Below, in pieces: positions 1 to 10,600 of a DNA stretch of 64,000 nt; the first letter of the stretch is position 1; the number at the start of each line of letters is the position of its first letter. The DNA lies in the IMG/VR virus record IMGVR_UViG_3300037042_006844, positions 62,001-126,000 of that record. One strand, 5' to 3'. Below the pieces are notes generated by a model. The model did not search any database, was not told the origin of the DNA, and was given only the letters and a program-made list of their open reading frames with translations. The position numbers were made by a program, and so were the translations under genes.

Positions 1-752
1 CCGAAAATTTTGGCTACGTTTTTTTCCCAATAATCAATGAGCAATTTCATAAATTCTTGGGTTTGAACTTTGCGATGATGATCGTCTTCGGTTTGAAGGC
101 AAACGGTATCTTCACTGGGCATTTCGCTGATTTCAACGTGCTGGTTGAACCGTTTGTAATTATTGTTGTTGTGGAAAATCAAATAGTTTTTGGCTACAAT
201 GCTGAAATAGCTGAAAGCCTTTCCCTTTTCGGGGGCATATTTGTTCATATTTGCCACAAGATGGGCGACCGTTTCACGTTGAATTTCGAGCGGGCCTGAA
301 TCGAAATATGTGAATTTGAACGTATTATAAATGTTCTCTACCAGCTTTTCAAAACTGAATTTGATTCGCTCGTTGTAGATGTTGTTGCGGATGTCCCAAT
401 CCGGTTGGGCATTATATTCAACAACAGCTTCTTGGGTAGCTTTGCTAAAATAGATTTTTTCTTTCTTATTTCTACCCCGACGACGAGGACGTTTCCCTTC
501 ATCATCGTAGGGTTCTGAAGCCACTTCAACGTTAATGGCAGAGGGGTCTTGTTTTACAGACTCTATCACTTCAACATCGCTGTCACGTTGAACACTGATG
601 TTGAGAGGTGCTGTTGATTTTACCAGTTTTGGTTTTTTAACCTTTACCTTATAGACTACAGTAGTTTTTCTCTTCTTGTCTTTAGGTGGTGTAGACAAAA
701 GTTTAGCACTCTTCGATTTGGAAGATGGTTTCCTTTTATCCTTGTTTTTCAT
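1..752 (-). CDS. T4 gp55-like late-transcription sigma factor (3' end runs off window)
   Basis: Not in ORF track. Manual translation from ATG 752: Lys-rich N-terminus, then ...IYFSKATQEAVVEYN...KLVENIYNTFKFTYFD...NMNKYAPEKGKAFSYFSIVAKNYLI, resembling gp55-family sigma region 2. Confidence 0.7.
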   Translation of the reverse strand, partial: MKNKDKRKPSSKSKSAKLLSTPPKDKKRKTTVVYKVKVKKPKLVKSTAPLNISVQRDSDVEVIESVKQDPSAINVEVASEPYDDEGKRPRRRGRNKKEKIYFSKATQEAVVEYNAQPDWDIRNNIYNERIKFSFEKLVENIYNTFKFTYFDSGPLEIQRETVAHLVANMNKYAPEKGKAFSYFSIVAKNYLIFHNNNNYKRFNQHVEISEMPSEDTVCLQTEDDHHRKVQTQEFMKLLIDYWEKNVAKIF

Positions 753-1206
753 CTGCGGCAATACTGTCGTCATTGGAATTTATCCTTTTGTTATATTCAG
801 TGATGATAGCTAGCATGTCTTGAAAAAGAAACCCAACTTCATCATCTTTCTCAAACATACCACGTTCATCGATAGATTTCAACTGATTATATACGTTTTT
901 AGTAAGTTTTCCGAAATCAGTGACCCATTTTACGAGTTCCGTATTCATTTTTTCGGATTCTTCCAGGTTATTTTGAATCGTATCCAGTCGATCCAATGAC
1001 GTTTTCAATGAAATATGCAGAAATGCCGCGACACCCGTGCTCAAAATCTGTGTGAGATCATTTTGTGCTCGATCAACCATTTCTGCTTGATATACTTTTT
1101 CTAGAGCCTTTTTAAGAGCAGCGTTGGTTTTGCGGAGTGACAAATATAGGTAGGTGCTAAATCCGATAGCTAGCACTACGAGTGTAACAAGTATAGTTGT
1201 AATCAT
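736..1206 (-). CDS. hypothetical membrane-anchored coiled-coil protein
   Basis: N-terminal TM helix, coiled coil, FEKDDEVGFLF motif. Confidence 0.7.
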   Translation of the reverse strand: MITTILVTLVVLAIGFSTYLYLSLRKTNAALKKALEKVYQAEMVDRAQNDLTQILSTGVAAFLHISLKTSLDRLDTIQNNLEESEKMNTELVKWVTDFGKLTKNVYNQLKSIDERGMFEKDDEVGFLFQDMLAIITEYNKRINSNDDSIAADEKQG

Positions 1207-1214
1207 AATAGGAA

Positions 1215-1352
1215 TTATAGGTCGTCGCCAGAGTCATCAGTTTCTACGAACTCGTTGATGAATTCAATAGCATCCTCAATTAAGGACCAATCGTTGCTTT
1301 GGTTTGATTCAAGAAGGATACGACGCAGTTCTAAAAGTTCTTGGTTATTCAT
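1215..1352 (-). CDS. small acidic hypothetical protein (45 aa)
   Basis: Manual ORF MNNQELLELRRILLES...DDSGDDL*, fills gap in operon. Confidence 0.55.
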   Translation of the reverse strand: MNNQELLELRRILLESNQSNDWSLIEDAIEFINEFVETDDSGDDL

Positions 1353-1412
1353 GGGTCTAATACAGTAATATATAGTTTCCAGAATGAAAAACCAATTTTT
1401 ATTTTAGAGTTT

Positions 1413-2420
1413 TTAGAAACTAAACATTCCTCTAACCCCAGTTCCTTTACCTTTAGTATGTTTGATAACTTGCTTTTCAACGGGCACCTCTACAATTTTT
1501 TCGACCTCTCGCACAACGTCAACAGGCACCTCCACAATTTTTTCCACCTCTTTTATAACCTCGACTGGCTTTTCGACTTCGACGATTTTTTCCACTTCTC
1601 TGATTGTTTCGTGGATTTGTGGCTCATTATATTCATGTAACGCCGCTTCCGACTTCTCACTTATGTTGTATGCCAGCAACAACACAATTGCCAATGGATC
1701 AAACACCGTGATCAACACTACAATGAACCATTTGACTATCGTTCGGATGTTTGTGTTAAACTCTTCTGCCACGAATTTGAACGTGGTGATGTCTTTTTTC
1801 TGGCTGTTGTCAATTTTCAGCTTGAAAACGTCATCGTCAATTTTACTGGATTTATCGCCAGCTTCTTTTAGTTTGGCATTCTCGGTTTCAATTTGTTTAT
1901 TTAGATCAGTGATTTGATCGTTGATCTGATTCTGAATATTTTGCATTTGAATCGGATTACGAGCGATCAATGCGTTGGTAAGAGTCTCACTTAATCTGGA
2001 TTCTTGTGAGCTTCGCAGCACCATCAACTTATCAACATTGAGTTTCACATTGTCCAGCTTTTTGTTTTCTTGAGTTTTTTGTGCTTCCAAAGCAGTGATT
2101 TTGGTATTGGACAACTCGGTTTCGAGAGAGCTTTTTTGAAAAGCAGCGGTCAGATATCCAAAAATACCCAGTGAAGTAATGCACATAAGAACCACAACCG
2201 CTGTGATCATATACAATTTCATCAGTTTGTTGGCAACATGCCAGTATCGGAATAGCCAAGATGTGGTTACGAGCTTGCCAAGTTCCAATGATCCGGCCAT
2301 AATCATTGCTGCAACGATGGCACCAGAGAACAAAAGCCCAATACCATATACGCTAAAAAATGCTGCGCAGCCCGCTATCAATAGCGAGGTAAATATTACT
2401 AAATGTTTGAATTTGAACAT
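1413..2420 (-). CDS. conserved phage membrane protein with long coiled coil and C-terminal EVEK repeats
   Basis: 3 N-terminal TM helices, LELGKLV motif, coiled coil, VFDPLAIVLL helix; TATTTAT motif upstream of ATG 2420. Confidence 0.75.
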   Translation of the reverse strand: MFKFKHLVIFTSLLIAGCAAFFSVYGIGLLFSGAIVAAMIMAGSLELGKLVTTSWLFRYWHVANKLMKLYMITAVVVLMCITSLGIFGYLTAAFQKSSLETELSNTKITALEAQKTQENKKLDNVKLNVDKLMVLRSSQESRLSETLTNALIARNPIQMQNIQNQINDQITDLNKQIETENAKLKEAGDKSSKIDDDVFKLKIDNSQKKDITTFKFVAEEFNTNIRTIVKWFIVVLITVFDPLAIVLLLAYNISEKSEAALHEYNEPQIHETIREVEKIVEVEKPVEVIKEVEKIVEVPVDVVREVEKIVEVPVEKQVIKHTKGKGTGVRGMFSF

Positions 2421-2500
2421 ACCATTATAAATATTAACAAAAAAGAAAACCCCTTGCACAATCGCAAGGGGTCCGACGTAGGGTTACACTATATGGTGAG

Positions 2501-4378
2501 TTAGTATTTGTTAACAGGATGATATGTCCCATTGTGACCAATAGCTTTGCCGCCCATTAAAAATCTGTGGTTATGGCAATTCAAATGCATATACTCGCCA
2601 TCTTGCATGTATAAAGAATTGCTATCAATAATCAGTTTATCACCTTTGGAATTTTCAACCATATCGCCAGCAACCAGTGTTTTGACTGATCTCCAAACAC
2701 CGTTTCCGATATACCACAAATGACTTTCATCGACATCGAACGCATCTCCGTCGATTACGGTTCTCCAAATTGGCGCGGTTTCCAAATATGCCATCGTGAC
2801 CAAATTCCAAACACCATCCTCAGAATCACGCAGATGCATTCCCACTTTGATTTCGCTCGCAGGAATAAAACCGAGTTCTTGAGTTTCCATCAACTGCCAT
2901 GCTGCTGGGCAACCTCCACCCGTTCCCCCACCACTTGTTACACAAACGTTTTTGTTCATGGTTGCTGTGATATATCCAGTCAATGGAGTTGTTCCAGAAC
3001 TAAATACAGCTGTGTATGTGCCTTTCGCAGAAAAACTTGAGCTTTGATAAGGGTCTGCCCAATGCAGTTTACCAAATGCAAATGACACTTTTTTGCTTGC
3101 TCCAGGAGCCAGAGCACCAAATGAAGCTGGAGAAAACTCTGGATCAAGCTGTATGCCAGCAATCGGCAATCCATTGGCTGTGTTAAACCAATCGGGATTC
3201 AACGTGACTGTCATATTACCGACATTTCCAACTGGATTTGCGATAATCACACTGCCCGTAAACCGAATATTGGAAATATCTGGCAAAGTCGAACTTGGTT
3301 GTGCAGGATAAAAACAATTCTGCGTTACAGCAACGTTGTTAACAGCGTTTGTTGGCAGCGATCCCCCACAACCAGCACCAGTTGATGATGGTGCCAACGC
3401 AAAAGTTTTGATTGATGCTTGCCCCGCTGTGGTCACAACCTCATCAATACCATACTCGTAGGTGATTCCTCCGGTCCCACCTGTGCAAGTCACCAAACCC
3501 GCATAATATCTACCACCACCTACTAAATTTGCAATGAACCCTTCGAACGTAAATGTTCGTGTTCCTCCAGCAGGCCACGATGTTGTTGTGTAAATTCGAT
3601 TGTAGCCAGTGAGTGGAAGACTGTCTGGGTTTGCAACAAAACCCGGAATTTTATTAACAATCGTGATCAAATCGGATTTTCTGTTACCATCCAAACTAGA
3701 AACGCCGATTACATTAATAATACTATCTCTTGCAGCAGTAATGTTGGTTGTATTGTTGGATGCACATGCCAAACTGCTACCCACCGTCGATGATGCGTTG
3801 CATGACCCCGTGAAAAAACTTGAGGTAAACGCATTTGAAGCAACATCTTTCAACACAACTTTGTAAATTCTAGTATTCACCAAATTTGAAATATATTCTT
3901 CAGAATCATTGGCTCGCACATACGAAGATTGTTTTTCAAGTCCAGTTGACAAATTTGTGGGCTTCGAATAAACGCTGTATCGATACGCTCGACTCGATGT
4001 TTCTTTTGTCAAATAGTTTGCGTTATACACAACACTATCTGGATAAAACTGAGCATACCAAACTCCAAATCCACTGCTTGGGCTGGCTTTGATTGATGCG
4101 CTGAGATAATTTGCCCCATAGAACTCACTCATTTTCACATCTTTAGTGGTATCATAACTCACCAAACCGACACCCACACCAGCGTCACTTTTCACATTGT
4201 CGTTCGGATCACCAGTAAATGCTTTGAGTCTGGCGAGTGATGCCGACAGTGAAATGTTTTGGGTAGGCACCACCAAATCCACATTCTCCAATAACTGATT
4301 TACTGAAGAATATGGCGATCCAGAGGCAAGTTGGGTAAACGAAATCGGTCCACTTCTATTTAAGCGTTTAACAGACAT
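2501..4378 (-). CDS. virion/tail-associated protein with C-terminal Hint (intein-like) domain
   Basis: S/T/G-rich body, Gly linker, then C-PAAWQL...IKVG...DESH...LVAGD...HN. Confidence 0.7.
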   Translation of the reverse strand: MSVKRLNRSGPISFTQLASGSPYSSVNQLLENVDLVVPTQNISLSASLARLKAFTGDPNDNVKSDAGVGVGLVSYDTTKDVKMSEFYGANYLSASIKASPSSGFGVWYAQFYPDSVVYNANYLTKETSSRAYRYSVYSKPTNLSTGLEKQSSYVRANDSEEYISNLVNTRIYKVVLKDVASNAFTSSFFTGSCNASSTVGSSLACASNNTTNITAARDSIINVIGVSSLDGNRKSDLITIVNKIPGFVANPDSLPLTGYNRIYTTTSWPAGGTRTFTFEGFIANLVGGGRYYAGLVTCTGGTGGITYEYGIDEVVTTAGQASIKTFALAPSSTGAGCGGSLPTNAVNNVAVTQNCFYPAQPSSTLPDISNIRFTGSVIIANPVGNVGNMTVTLNPDWFNTANGLPIAGIQLDPEFSPASFGALAPGASKKVSFAFGKLHWADPYQSSSFSAKGTYTAVFSSGTTPLTGYITATMNKNVCVTSGGGTGGGCPAAWQLMETQELGFIPASEIKVGMHLRDSEDGVWNLVTMAYLETAPIWRTVIDGDAFDVDESHLWYIGNGVWRSVKTLVAGDMVENSKGDKLIIDSNSLYMQDGEYMHLNCHNHRFLMGGKAIGHNGTYHPVNKY

Positions 4379-4384
4379 ACGTTA

Positions 4385-5701
4385 TTATTTCGATTCCAAA
4401 GCTGCAATTCTGTCGGTAAGCTCGGTAATTTGCTGTTGTTGCTCCTGAACAGTTTTGATCAAAAGAGGAATGAATGATGTGTATTTGACCGTTTTATAAC
4501 CATGCATATCCTCACGAACAAATTCTGGGTATATTTCTTCAACGTCTTGTGCGAGCAAACCAAAATCTGGCAACCGGTTGGCATCCCAAACAAAAGACAC
4601 GGGATTCAATGGCTCCAATTTTTCATAAGCGTCTTCGATTGGAAAAATCTCATCTTTCAAACGCTCATCGGATGATGCGAACGTAGATGCTGCGATAACG
4701 TCTCCCGCCACATCCAACTGACCACTGCCGCTAAGTCGTGCCAATTTGGTCATTGCACTACCAGACGTTACCAACCAAACATTGGTATTCGGATTATAAC
4801 CAACAGGCCAGCCGTATGAACTGCTCAAATGAACATGGCATTGCGCATCGACCAACGTGGATTTTGGAAAATGTCCGATGCCGAACAAACGCTGCCGAAT
4901 TCCCATAACGGTCCAGCCACTTTTTCCAATTTTTGCAGCCACATCAGGCGTCCAAAGAGTATCTTTGCCTCCTTGTTGAGTGGCATTCGATGCATATGAT
5001 CCAGAATAGAAAATGGCAAAGTTTCTACCAGTTCGAATATAACTGCTGGATGCCTGCAAACCAATATCATACATGTCGTAAGAACGAGAATATTGTATGA
5101 AATGAGGACCATACATACCAAAAATTGCTCCCTGATTCATCTGCAATGGGCGGGATATGTTGATTCTACCAGTGCCATTATTTCCACCAACGGCAGCACC
5201 AGGGTTTGGTGCCAGCAAGTTATAAATTGTCCAATTGCTATATGTCAGAGTGTTGGTGCCATTCCAATATGTGGCGCAATTCAACAGTCCAGTGCCAGTT
5301 GGGCAACCTGTAGCTACGTTTGCAGTTAATGCATTCGTTGCGTTTGCAGCCCAGCTTGATGTTCCATGAAACGCAACTTTTGTGTTAAAATGGCTTGATG
5401 CACTAATGTAGCCTTTGAAGCTGCCAGTGAAACTACCAGTGAAATGACCTTTGGCACTACCAGAAAAACTGCCAGAATACGAACCGCTCGGCACTGATGC
5501 CATGAACGTCACTAAATCTTTGCAAGTCGCACGACGAGAATACAAATTTGTGCTGGTCGGCGCATCCGTTATTCCATTCTGGATCAGAAGAAATAAATCG
5601 TTTGGTCGAATTTTGTTGCCGGTTGCTGTTCGACCATTGATAGCACTCAAATTGCTAATTTTGATGGTCTGAACGTTTAGACTATTACAAGGGCTTGCCA
5701 T
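4385..5701 (-). CDS. tail fibre protein with C-terminal intramolecular chaperone (peptidase S74)
   Basis: SDERLKDEI...GLLAQDVEEIYPEFV...coiled-coil end; SGSF repeats. Confidence 0.85.
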   Translation of the reverse strand: MASPCNSLNVQTIKISNLSAINGRTATGNKIRPNDLFLLIQNGITDAPTSTNLYSRRATCKDLVTFMASVPSGSYSGSFSGSAKGHFTGSFTGSFKGYISASSHFNTKVAFHGTSSWAANATNALTANVATGCPTGTGLLNCATYWNGTNTLTYSNWTIYNLLAPNPGAAVGGNNGTGRINISRPLQMNQGAIFGMYGPHFIQYSRSYDMYDIGLQASSSYIRTGRNFAIFYSGSYASNATQQGGKDTLWTPDVAAKIGKSGWTVMGIRQRLFGIGHFPKSTLVDAQCHVHLSSSYGWPVGYNPNTNVWLVTSGSAMTKLARLSGSGQLDVAGDVIAASTFASSDERLKDEIFPIEDAYEKLEPLNPVSFVWDANRLPDFGLLAQDVEEIYPEFVREDMHGYKTVKYTSFIPLLIKTVQEQQQQITELTDRIAALESK

Positions 5702-5736
5702 ATGTTAATGATAAGTATTGTTTGAAATTATTATTA

Positions 5737-7101
5737 TTAATAATATCCGATCAATCGGATATAACCAGATTGGCTGTCGGTCACATTGCCGGTGACGCTA
5801 TAACACAAAATGCCAGTGGCAGCATTAATCGGAAAACTTCCTTGTCCGCCCGACGCGGTTCCATCATTCGTTCCAGATGCACGACACGCAACTAAAAGAT
5901 ACGTGTCGAAAGTGGTCGGATGTTTGATCGTTATAGTTGATATCGGGTCAGCGTCTGGACCAGTCATTGCTAAATAACCATCCAATATTACAGTTTTTGT
6001 TCCAATTGGAACTCCATGTGATGAGCAGTCAAGTGTTGCATCCACCACGGCTGTCCCCACATCGGTCTGTGTGAGAAATTGATACGGAACTATAAAAGTC
6101 GGTCCAGTTATGCCGCCAGGAGATAGTGCATCCGCTATTTTTGCATGACTTGCACTTGTTGCTCGTCTTGCATAGCTTCCACTGAACGAATAGCTTGCGC
6201 TACGAGCCACACTGCTGCTGCGAGCATAACTTGCGCTGCCATTGAACTTGCCAGAATACAATATGAATGATGCTGTATTTGCACTTAATGCAGTATCAAC
6301 GGTTAACGCGTGGAGTGCTGTTGATGCATAACCGGTTTTTAATGCGTAACTTGCGCTGCCGTTGCCAGCACCAGTATAACGCAAATAAGATGATGAGCGA
6401 GACTGTGAAGCGTAACTTGCGCTACCCGCCAACGTTGCGTAATCGGCAAGAGTGGTGTGAGTTACGCAAGACAGAGTGGTATCAGCAACATTCGCATGGC
6501 TCGATGATAATACGTAACTTGCCGTCCCATAAAACTGCGCATATTTAGCTGCTCCAGTTCCACTTTCCAACACCAACGCGTTTGATGTGGAATAAACATC
6601 CCCCGTGGCATTACCAGTAACGTTGCCCACGACATTACCAGCAACGTTTCCAGTCAAATTACCAGCAACGTTTCCAGTCAAATTACCCGTTACACCATTT
6701 GATGCTGTGATCAAGCCACTGACGGTTAATCCAGAATTAACAAACATGCCGCCGCTGGCGGTGAGAGTGATTTGACCCGTCGATCCGAGTGTAACCGTGT
6801 TGAACCCTGTGGCGGAAAATGCTGTTCCTTTGACTGAAAATTGATTGTTTAATGCCGTCAACCAACCATCCAATTTCGCAAAACCACCTTTGAACGACCC
6901 CGTGAATCGATTCGTTGGATCAGTAAAATTCACAGCGTTGGTCTGAACAAGAGCCGTCACTGTAGTCGCCAACTGGCTGAACGTAATGTTCTTGGTTTGA
7001 TTGTTCGCAATATCTTGAACAACCAACAAATCACCATTAGCTGGGCTTGGAAGGTTATCCAAGCTTTGAATTACTCTACCTTTATTAGACAAAATAGCCA
7101 T
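5737..7101 (-). CDS. tail fibre-like protein
   Basis: GNLTGNV and ASYA repeats, adjacent to S74 fibre gene. Confidence 0.7.
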   Translation of the reverse strand: MAILSNKGRVIQSLDNLPSPANGDLLVVQDIANNQTKNITFSQLATTVTALVQTNAVNFTDPTNRFTGSFKGGFAKLDGWLTALNNQFSVKGTAFSATGFNTVTLGSTGQITLTASGGMFVNSGLTVSGLITASNGVTGNLTGNVAGNLTGNVAGNVVGNVTGNATGDVYSTSNALVLESGTGAAKYAQFYGTASYVLSSSHANVADTTLSCVTHTTLADYATLAGSASYASQSRSSSYLRYTGAGNGSASYALKTGYASTALHALTVDTALSANTASFILYSGKFNGSASYARSSSVARSASYSFSGSYARRATSASHAKIADALSPGGITGPTFIVPYQFLTQTDVGTAVVDATLDCSSHGVPIGTKTVILDGYLAMTGPDADPISTITIKHPTTFDTYLLVACRASGTNDGTASGGQGSFPINAATGILCYSVTGNVTDSQSGYIRLIGYY

Positions 7102-7123
7102 ACGTTATACATATAACTATTAA

Positions 7124-7834
7124 TCACGTTAGGTTTTTGAGTTTTTTTAGTATGAATTTAACAAGTCCGCTTCGAACCACATCGTCTTCGTCAAACTTAA
7201 AAATATGAATTCCATTGGCACGACTATCATCGTCGCCAAATATATCCATAATTGGAACAAATCCACTTTTTCCGTTGATATCCGATTGACCAGGATCGCC
7301 GCACACATACAACTTGCTAAACTCGCCAACACGGGTGATTAATGTTATCAACTCTTTACGAGTCATATTTTGAGCTTCATCAGCCACAATGCATTTGGCA
7401 TTCCAGTTTAGACCACGCAAAAAGTTAGCGGGAGCACCATGAATGCGCTCTTCCTTCCTAAGCTTGTCGATGTCACATTTTTGCAATAGTTCTTCCAGCT
7501 TATCGACCAAAGGTTGAATATACGGACCCATTTTTTCATCCATTTCACCTGGAAGAAATCCCAATTTACTGTCACTACTTTCAACGGCAGTTCGAATATA
7601 AATCAATTCGCTGACCCGTTTGTCGTTGATCAAGTGAAGTCCAGCTAAAATGGACGTATAAGTTTTTGCCGTTCCGGCTGGACCGGATATGAACACCAGT
7701 TTTGTATGTTTATCTCGAAGTATTTCTATGAGCTGTTTTTGTTTCTCGGTCAATTCGACACTTTTAATTTGTATTGTGTCTCTTATTTTTGAGTTTTGAT
7801 GGACTTTTGGGCTTGTGTCTTTTCTTTTGCTCAT
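7124..7834 (-). CDS. phoH: PhoH family ATPase
   Basis: GPAGTAKT Walker A, LGFLPG, FLRG, DEAQN, GDxxQSD, VRSGLVK. Confidence 0.95.
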   Translation of the reverse strand: MSKRKDTSPKVHQNSKIRDTIQIKSVELTEKQKQLIEILRDKHTKLVFISGPAGTAKTYTSILAGLHLINDKRVSELIYIRTAVESSDSKLGFLPGEMDEKMGPYIQPLVDKLEELLQKCDIDKLRKEERIHGAPANFLRGLNWNAKCIVADEAQNMTRKELITLITRVGEFSKLYVCGDPGQSDINGKSGFVPIMDIFGDDDSRANGIHIFKFDEDDVVRSGLVKFILKKLKNLT

Positions 7835-8141
7835 TAGGTTTATCTTTGGTTAATAGAAGATTCTGCACTGCAACGAGCCGACCACAAAACTCATATTGTT
7901 CGGTGGAAATGTAATACTTGTAGATGTTATCCAAATTTTCTTTGAAACTGGACACATTCAATATTACCATATAATCGGTATTTTTGAAGCTGAAGACTTC
8001 TACGTTTGACAAATTGTTTCTGATTGCGTGTTCTATAGATGAGACCACTTGTTCAACCAGTTCAGGTTTATGTTTTCCAACAAATTCGTCCAACGTATTG
8101 AACGCTGCTGGTAGCTCCTTAGCACGAAACTGTTTTGTCAT
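7764..8141 (-). CDS. hypothetical protein
   Basis: ORF with TATTTAT motif upstream; EQYEFC motif. Confidence 0.65.
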   Translation of the reverse strand: MTKQFRAKELPAAFNTLDEFVGKHKPELVEQVVSSIEHAIRNNLSNVEVFSFKNTDYMVILNVSSFKENLDNIYKYYISTEQYEFCGRLVAVQNLLLTKDKPNEQKKRHKPKSPSKLKNKRHNTN

Positions 8142-8227
8142 ACCTTAATAAATAGATAAACGAAAAAGAATAAGGGCACCATTATTTTGGTGCCCTTTGC
8201 GGTTAAGTGAAATGTTGCAGCTATTTA

Positions 8228-8470
8228 TTAAATACGCTTCGGCTTTACACTTTTCTTTTTTGGCGCAACTTCCCCAGTCACTTCCCCGACAACTTCCACG
8301 GCAGGTTTAGATGGCTTTGGTGCAGACAAAGAAGACAGCGTTCTTTTTGCGGTTGCTTTCCATGCGTTTTTGGTTTTGTTGCTAGCATAAGCATATCCAA
8401 AACCATCTTGCAATAAACATGCAACTTCTGAGTCTGATTTTGCCGACTTAATTTTTTCTCGTAGTCCCAT
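8228..8470 (-). CDS. hypothetical protein
   Basis: ORF followed by terminator hairpin. Confidence 0.6.
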   Translation of the reverse strand: MGLREKIKSAKSDSEVACLLQDGFGYAYASNKTKNAWKATAKRTLSSLSAPKPSKPAVEVVGEVTGEVAPKKKSVKPKRI

Positions 8471-8487
8471 AATAATAATAATAAGTG

Positions 8488-8706
8488 TTACTTGTTGTTT
8501 CGTTTTGAAAGGTCTAGAATTTCTAGCTTACTACCATCAGGCCACCGTTTGATCACACGTTTCCAATGATCAAGTTCGGGTTGAGCTTCATCTCGGGTCG
8601 TGTATTCCTCATCGGAAACACGGGAGCCATTACGAACCACGACATAACGATCAGTCATTGGCTCTGCTAGTGTCTCGGTTTTTCTACCACTATATTTCAT
8701 TTGCAT
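8488..8706 (-). CDS. hypothetical protein
   Basis: ORF in operon. Confidence 0.6.
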   Translation of the reverse strand: MQMKYSGRKTETLAEPMTDRYVVVRNGSRVSDEEYTTRDEAQPELDHWKRVIKRWPDGSKLEILDLSKRNNK

Positions 8707-8873
8707 TATGTTACCTCACTATGTTGTTTTTTTGTTGATACATGTTTGTTATGTAGTCATGGGAGTATCAGCCCTCACAACTGATTCTCTAGCCACCGAT
8801 AACTCATCTTATGGCAAATTATTTGGATGTCAAGATATAAAAAAGCCACGCTAATTTCATTTATTGCGTGGCT

Positions 8874-9059
8874 TTACGGTGTTGGCGTGGTTGAACTTCC
8901 TTCTTCAACTACGGCTTTAATTTCACTTTCGATTTCTTTGATGCGCTCTTTGTAACCTGCGGCTACATCCTTGAAATCTTTTTTTGTAAAAAGTAGCTTC
9001 TCGGTCAATTCGTATACTTTTTTCTCTGCGTCAGTTTTTGATAATTTGATTGTGCTCAT
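8874..9059 (-). CDS. small coiled-coil hypothetical protein
   Basis: ATGA overlap with upstream gene. Confidence 0.6.
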   Translation of the reverse strand: MSTIKLSKTDAEKKVYELTEKLLFTKKDFKDVAAGYKERIKEIESEIKAVVEEGSSTTPTP

Positions 9060-9469
9060 AACTTTTGTAAATCGATGGTTTGTTTAACTGCCTCCATCGG
9101 AATATAAGTAGTAACAAAATTTCCCTCGTCAACAGTTTTTAAGTCTGGCAATTTGTTTTTATCCACCACGATAATAACTCCGTTGTTTTTGTCTCTGTAG
9201 TTTACCAGAGCGAACCTTGCAGCTAATTTGAAATCACTAGCCAAATAACTGCCATGTATATTGCGAGTGTTACCCTTTCCTTTCGAGGTAACTTTACCAT
9301 GTTTTTGCAATATGTCCAGTTCTTTTTTACTCATACCTCTAAATAATTCGTCGGGACCAAACGTATCCATTTGATCCAACTTATCAGCAACATCTTTGAG
9401 TTTGCCTTGCGGCTCCCAAACGAGGTAATCGTAAATGCTGCGTTCGTATAGCAATCTGTAGCGTTTCAT
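9056..9469 (-). CDS. possible ADP-ribosyltransferase-fold protein
   Basis: LFRGM ... GSYLASD..LAARFA resembles R-S-type ART strands. Confidence 0.4.
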   Translation of the reverse strand: MKRYRLLYERSIYDYLVWEPQGKLKDVADKLDQMDTFGPDELFRGMSKKELDILQKHGKVTSKGKGNTRNIHGSYLASDFKLAARFALVNYRDKNNGVIIVVDKNKLPDLKTVDEGNFVTTYIPMEAVKQTIDLQKL

Positions 9470-9587
9470 ATCAATAAATAGGCATGTGGGCACAAAAAAA
9501 GGTCAGCACATTATATGCTGACCTTTGAAATGGTGGACGTGGGGAATTATTTTTGACATTTTCTCATCACCTCCACTATTTATTGGT

Positions 9588-10169
9588 ATGGCAAAAACTC
9601 AAGTAAAATGCGAATCATGTGGAAATCTTTTTCAAAAAGAAAACAAAGAAATCAACCGTTGTAAAAAACGAGGTATCGTTGGGCACTATTGCAGTAATTC
9701 ATGTGTAGCAAAACATAGAAACTCAACAAGGACAAAACAGTATTGGGAAAAGCAATACGCTAAACACCCCACACTAAAAGGATTGGCAAACAATCGAGAA
9801 GACATATATTCTCCGTTCAGACCATTCCTAAACAAAGGACGAGCATCACTCAAAAAGAATGGATGTGATATTGATGTGGAATATCTAAAGAAACTTTGGG
9901 ATGAACAGCGAGGAAAGTGTCCATATACTGGTGTTCAAATGATATTGCCGAAAAACACACTGGATCACACAACAGTAAAATCACTGAAAAAAGCAAGTCT
10001 TGATCGTATAGATTCCTCTCAGAGTTATATCAAAGGAAATATTGAATTTGTTTGTATGGCAGTCAATTTAGCAAAAAACAATTTCACAAAAAAAGCCATG
10101 ACTTCATTTTTACGCGAAGTCATGGAATCTATGAATGCTCTTAGTGTTAATCAAGTGCAACCAACGTGA
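9588..10169 (+). CDS. HNH/His-Cys-type homing endonuclease inserted at the tmRNA 3' end
   Basis: Zn-finger CxxC...YCSxxC N-terminus; GKCPYTG...SLDRIDSSQSYIKGNIEFVC..VNLAK. Confidence 0.8.
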   Translation: MAKTQVKCESCGNLFQKENKEINRCKKRGIVGHYCSNSCVAKHRNSTRTKQYWEKQYAKHPTLKGLANNREDIYSPFRPFLNKGRASLKKNGCDIDVEYLKKLWDEQRGKCPYTGVQMILPKNTLDHTTVKSLKKASLDRIDSSQSYIKGNIEFVCMAVNLAKNNFTKKAMTSFLREVMESMNALSVNQVQPT

Positions 10170-10190
10170 CGGTGGCATTCTTCTGCACTC

Positions 10191-10571
10191 TGGACGTAAC
10201 GGGAGTTGAACCCGTGTCTTTAAGAACTGTTAGCTCCGGACTACATGTGTATGCAGTTTGAATTTGTTAGGAAATGCAATCGAAACTACCAAAAATGCAC
10301 TTCTTAGGATTTGCTGTATTTCGATTGAAACCACAGATCAACTTTTTCAATCATAGTTCGTAAATGACATTTGTTTCGGCTACCGAACGATCACCGAACA
10401 AACGGACAACCTTTATTAGGCTGCAACTGCTGCGACATTCTCGTAAGAGAAGTCATAGCTCACTACATTTTCCTTAGCGGTTAATGTTTAGATAGATTTT
10501 TTAGGAAGCCAACTATCATCTTCCACATGCCCATTGCGAACGCACTCTTAAATCGAAACCAGTATACGCCC
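10191..10571 (-). ncRNA. ssrA: tmRNA, tag peptide AKENVVSYDFSYENVAAVAA*
   Basis: Acceptor GGGCGTA/TACGTCC with G3.U70, T arm GGGTTCAACTCCC, tag ORF 10478-10416 ending AA*; CCA not encoded. Confidence 0.92.
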
Positions 10572-10600
10572 GTAATTATTTGTATCAAAGATCAAAAAAT

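Noticed and set aside
9531-10200. Group I intron in tmRNA
   Set aside because: tmRNA T arm and acceptor are complete before the insert; the ORF is antisense; no intron core seen.
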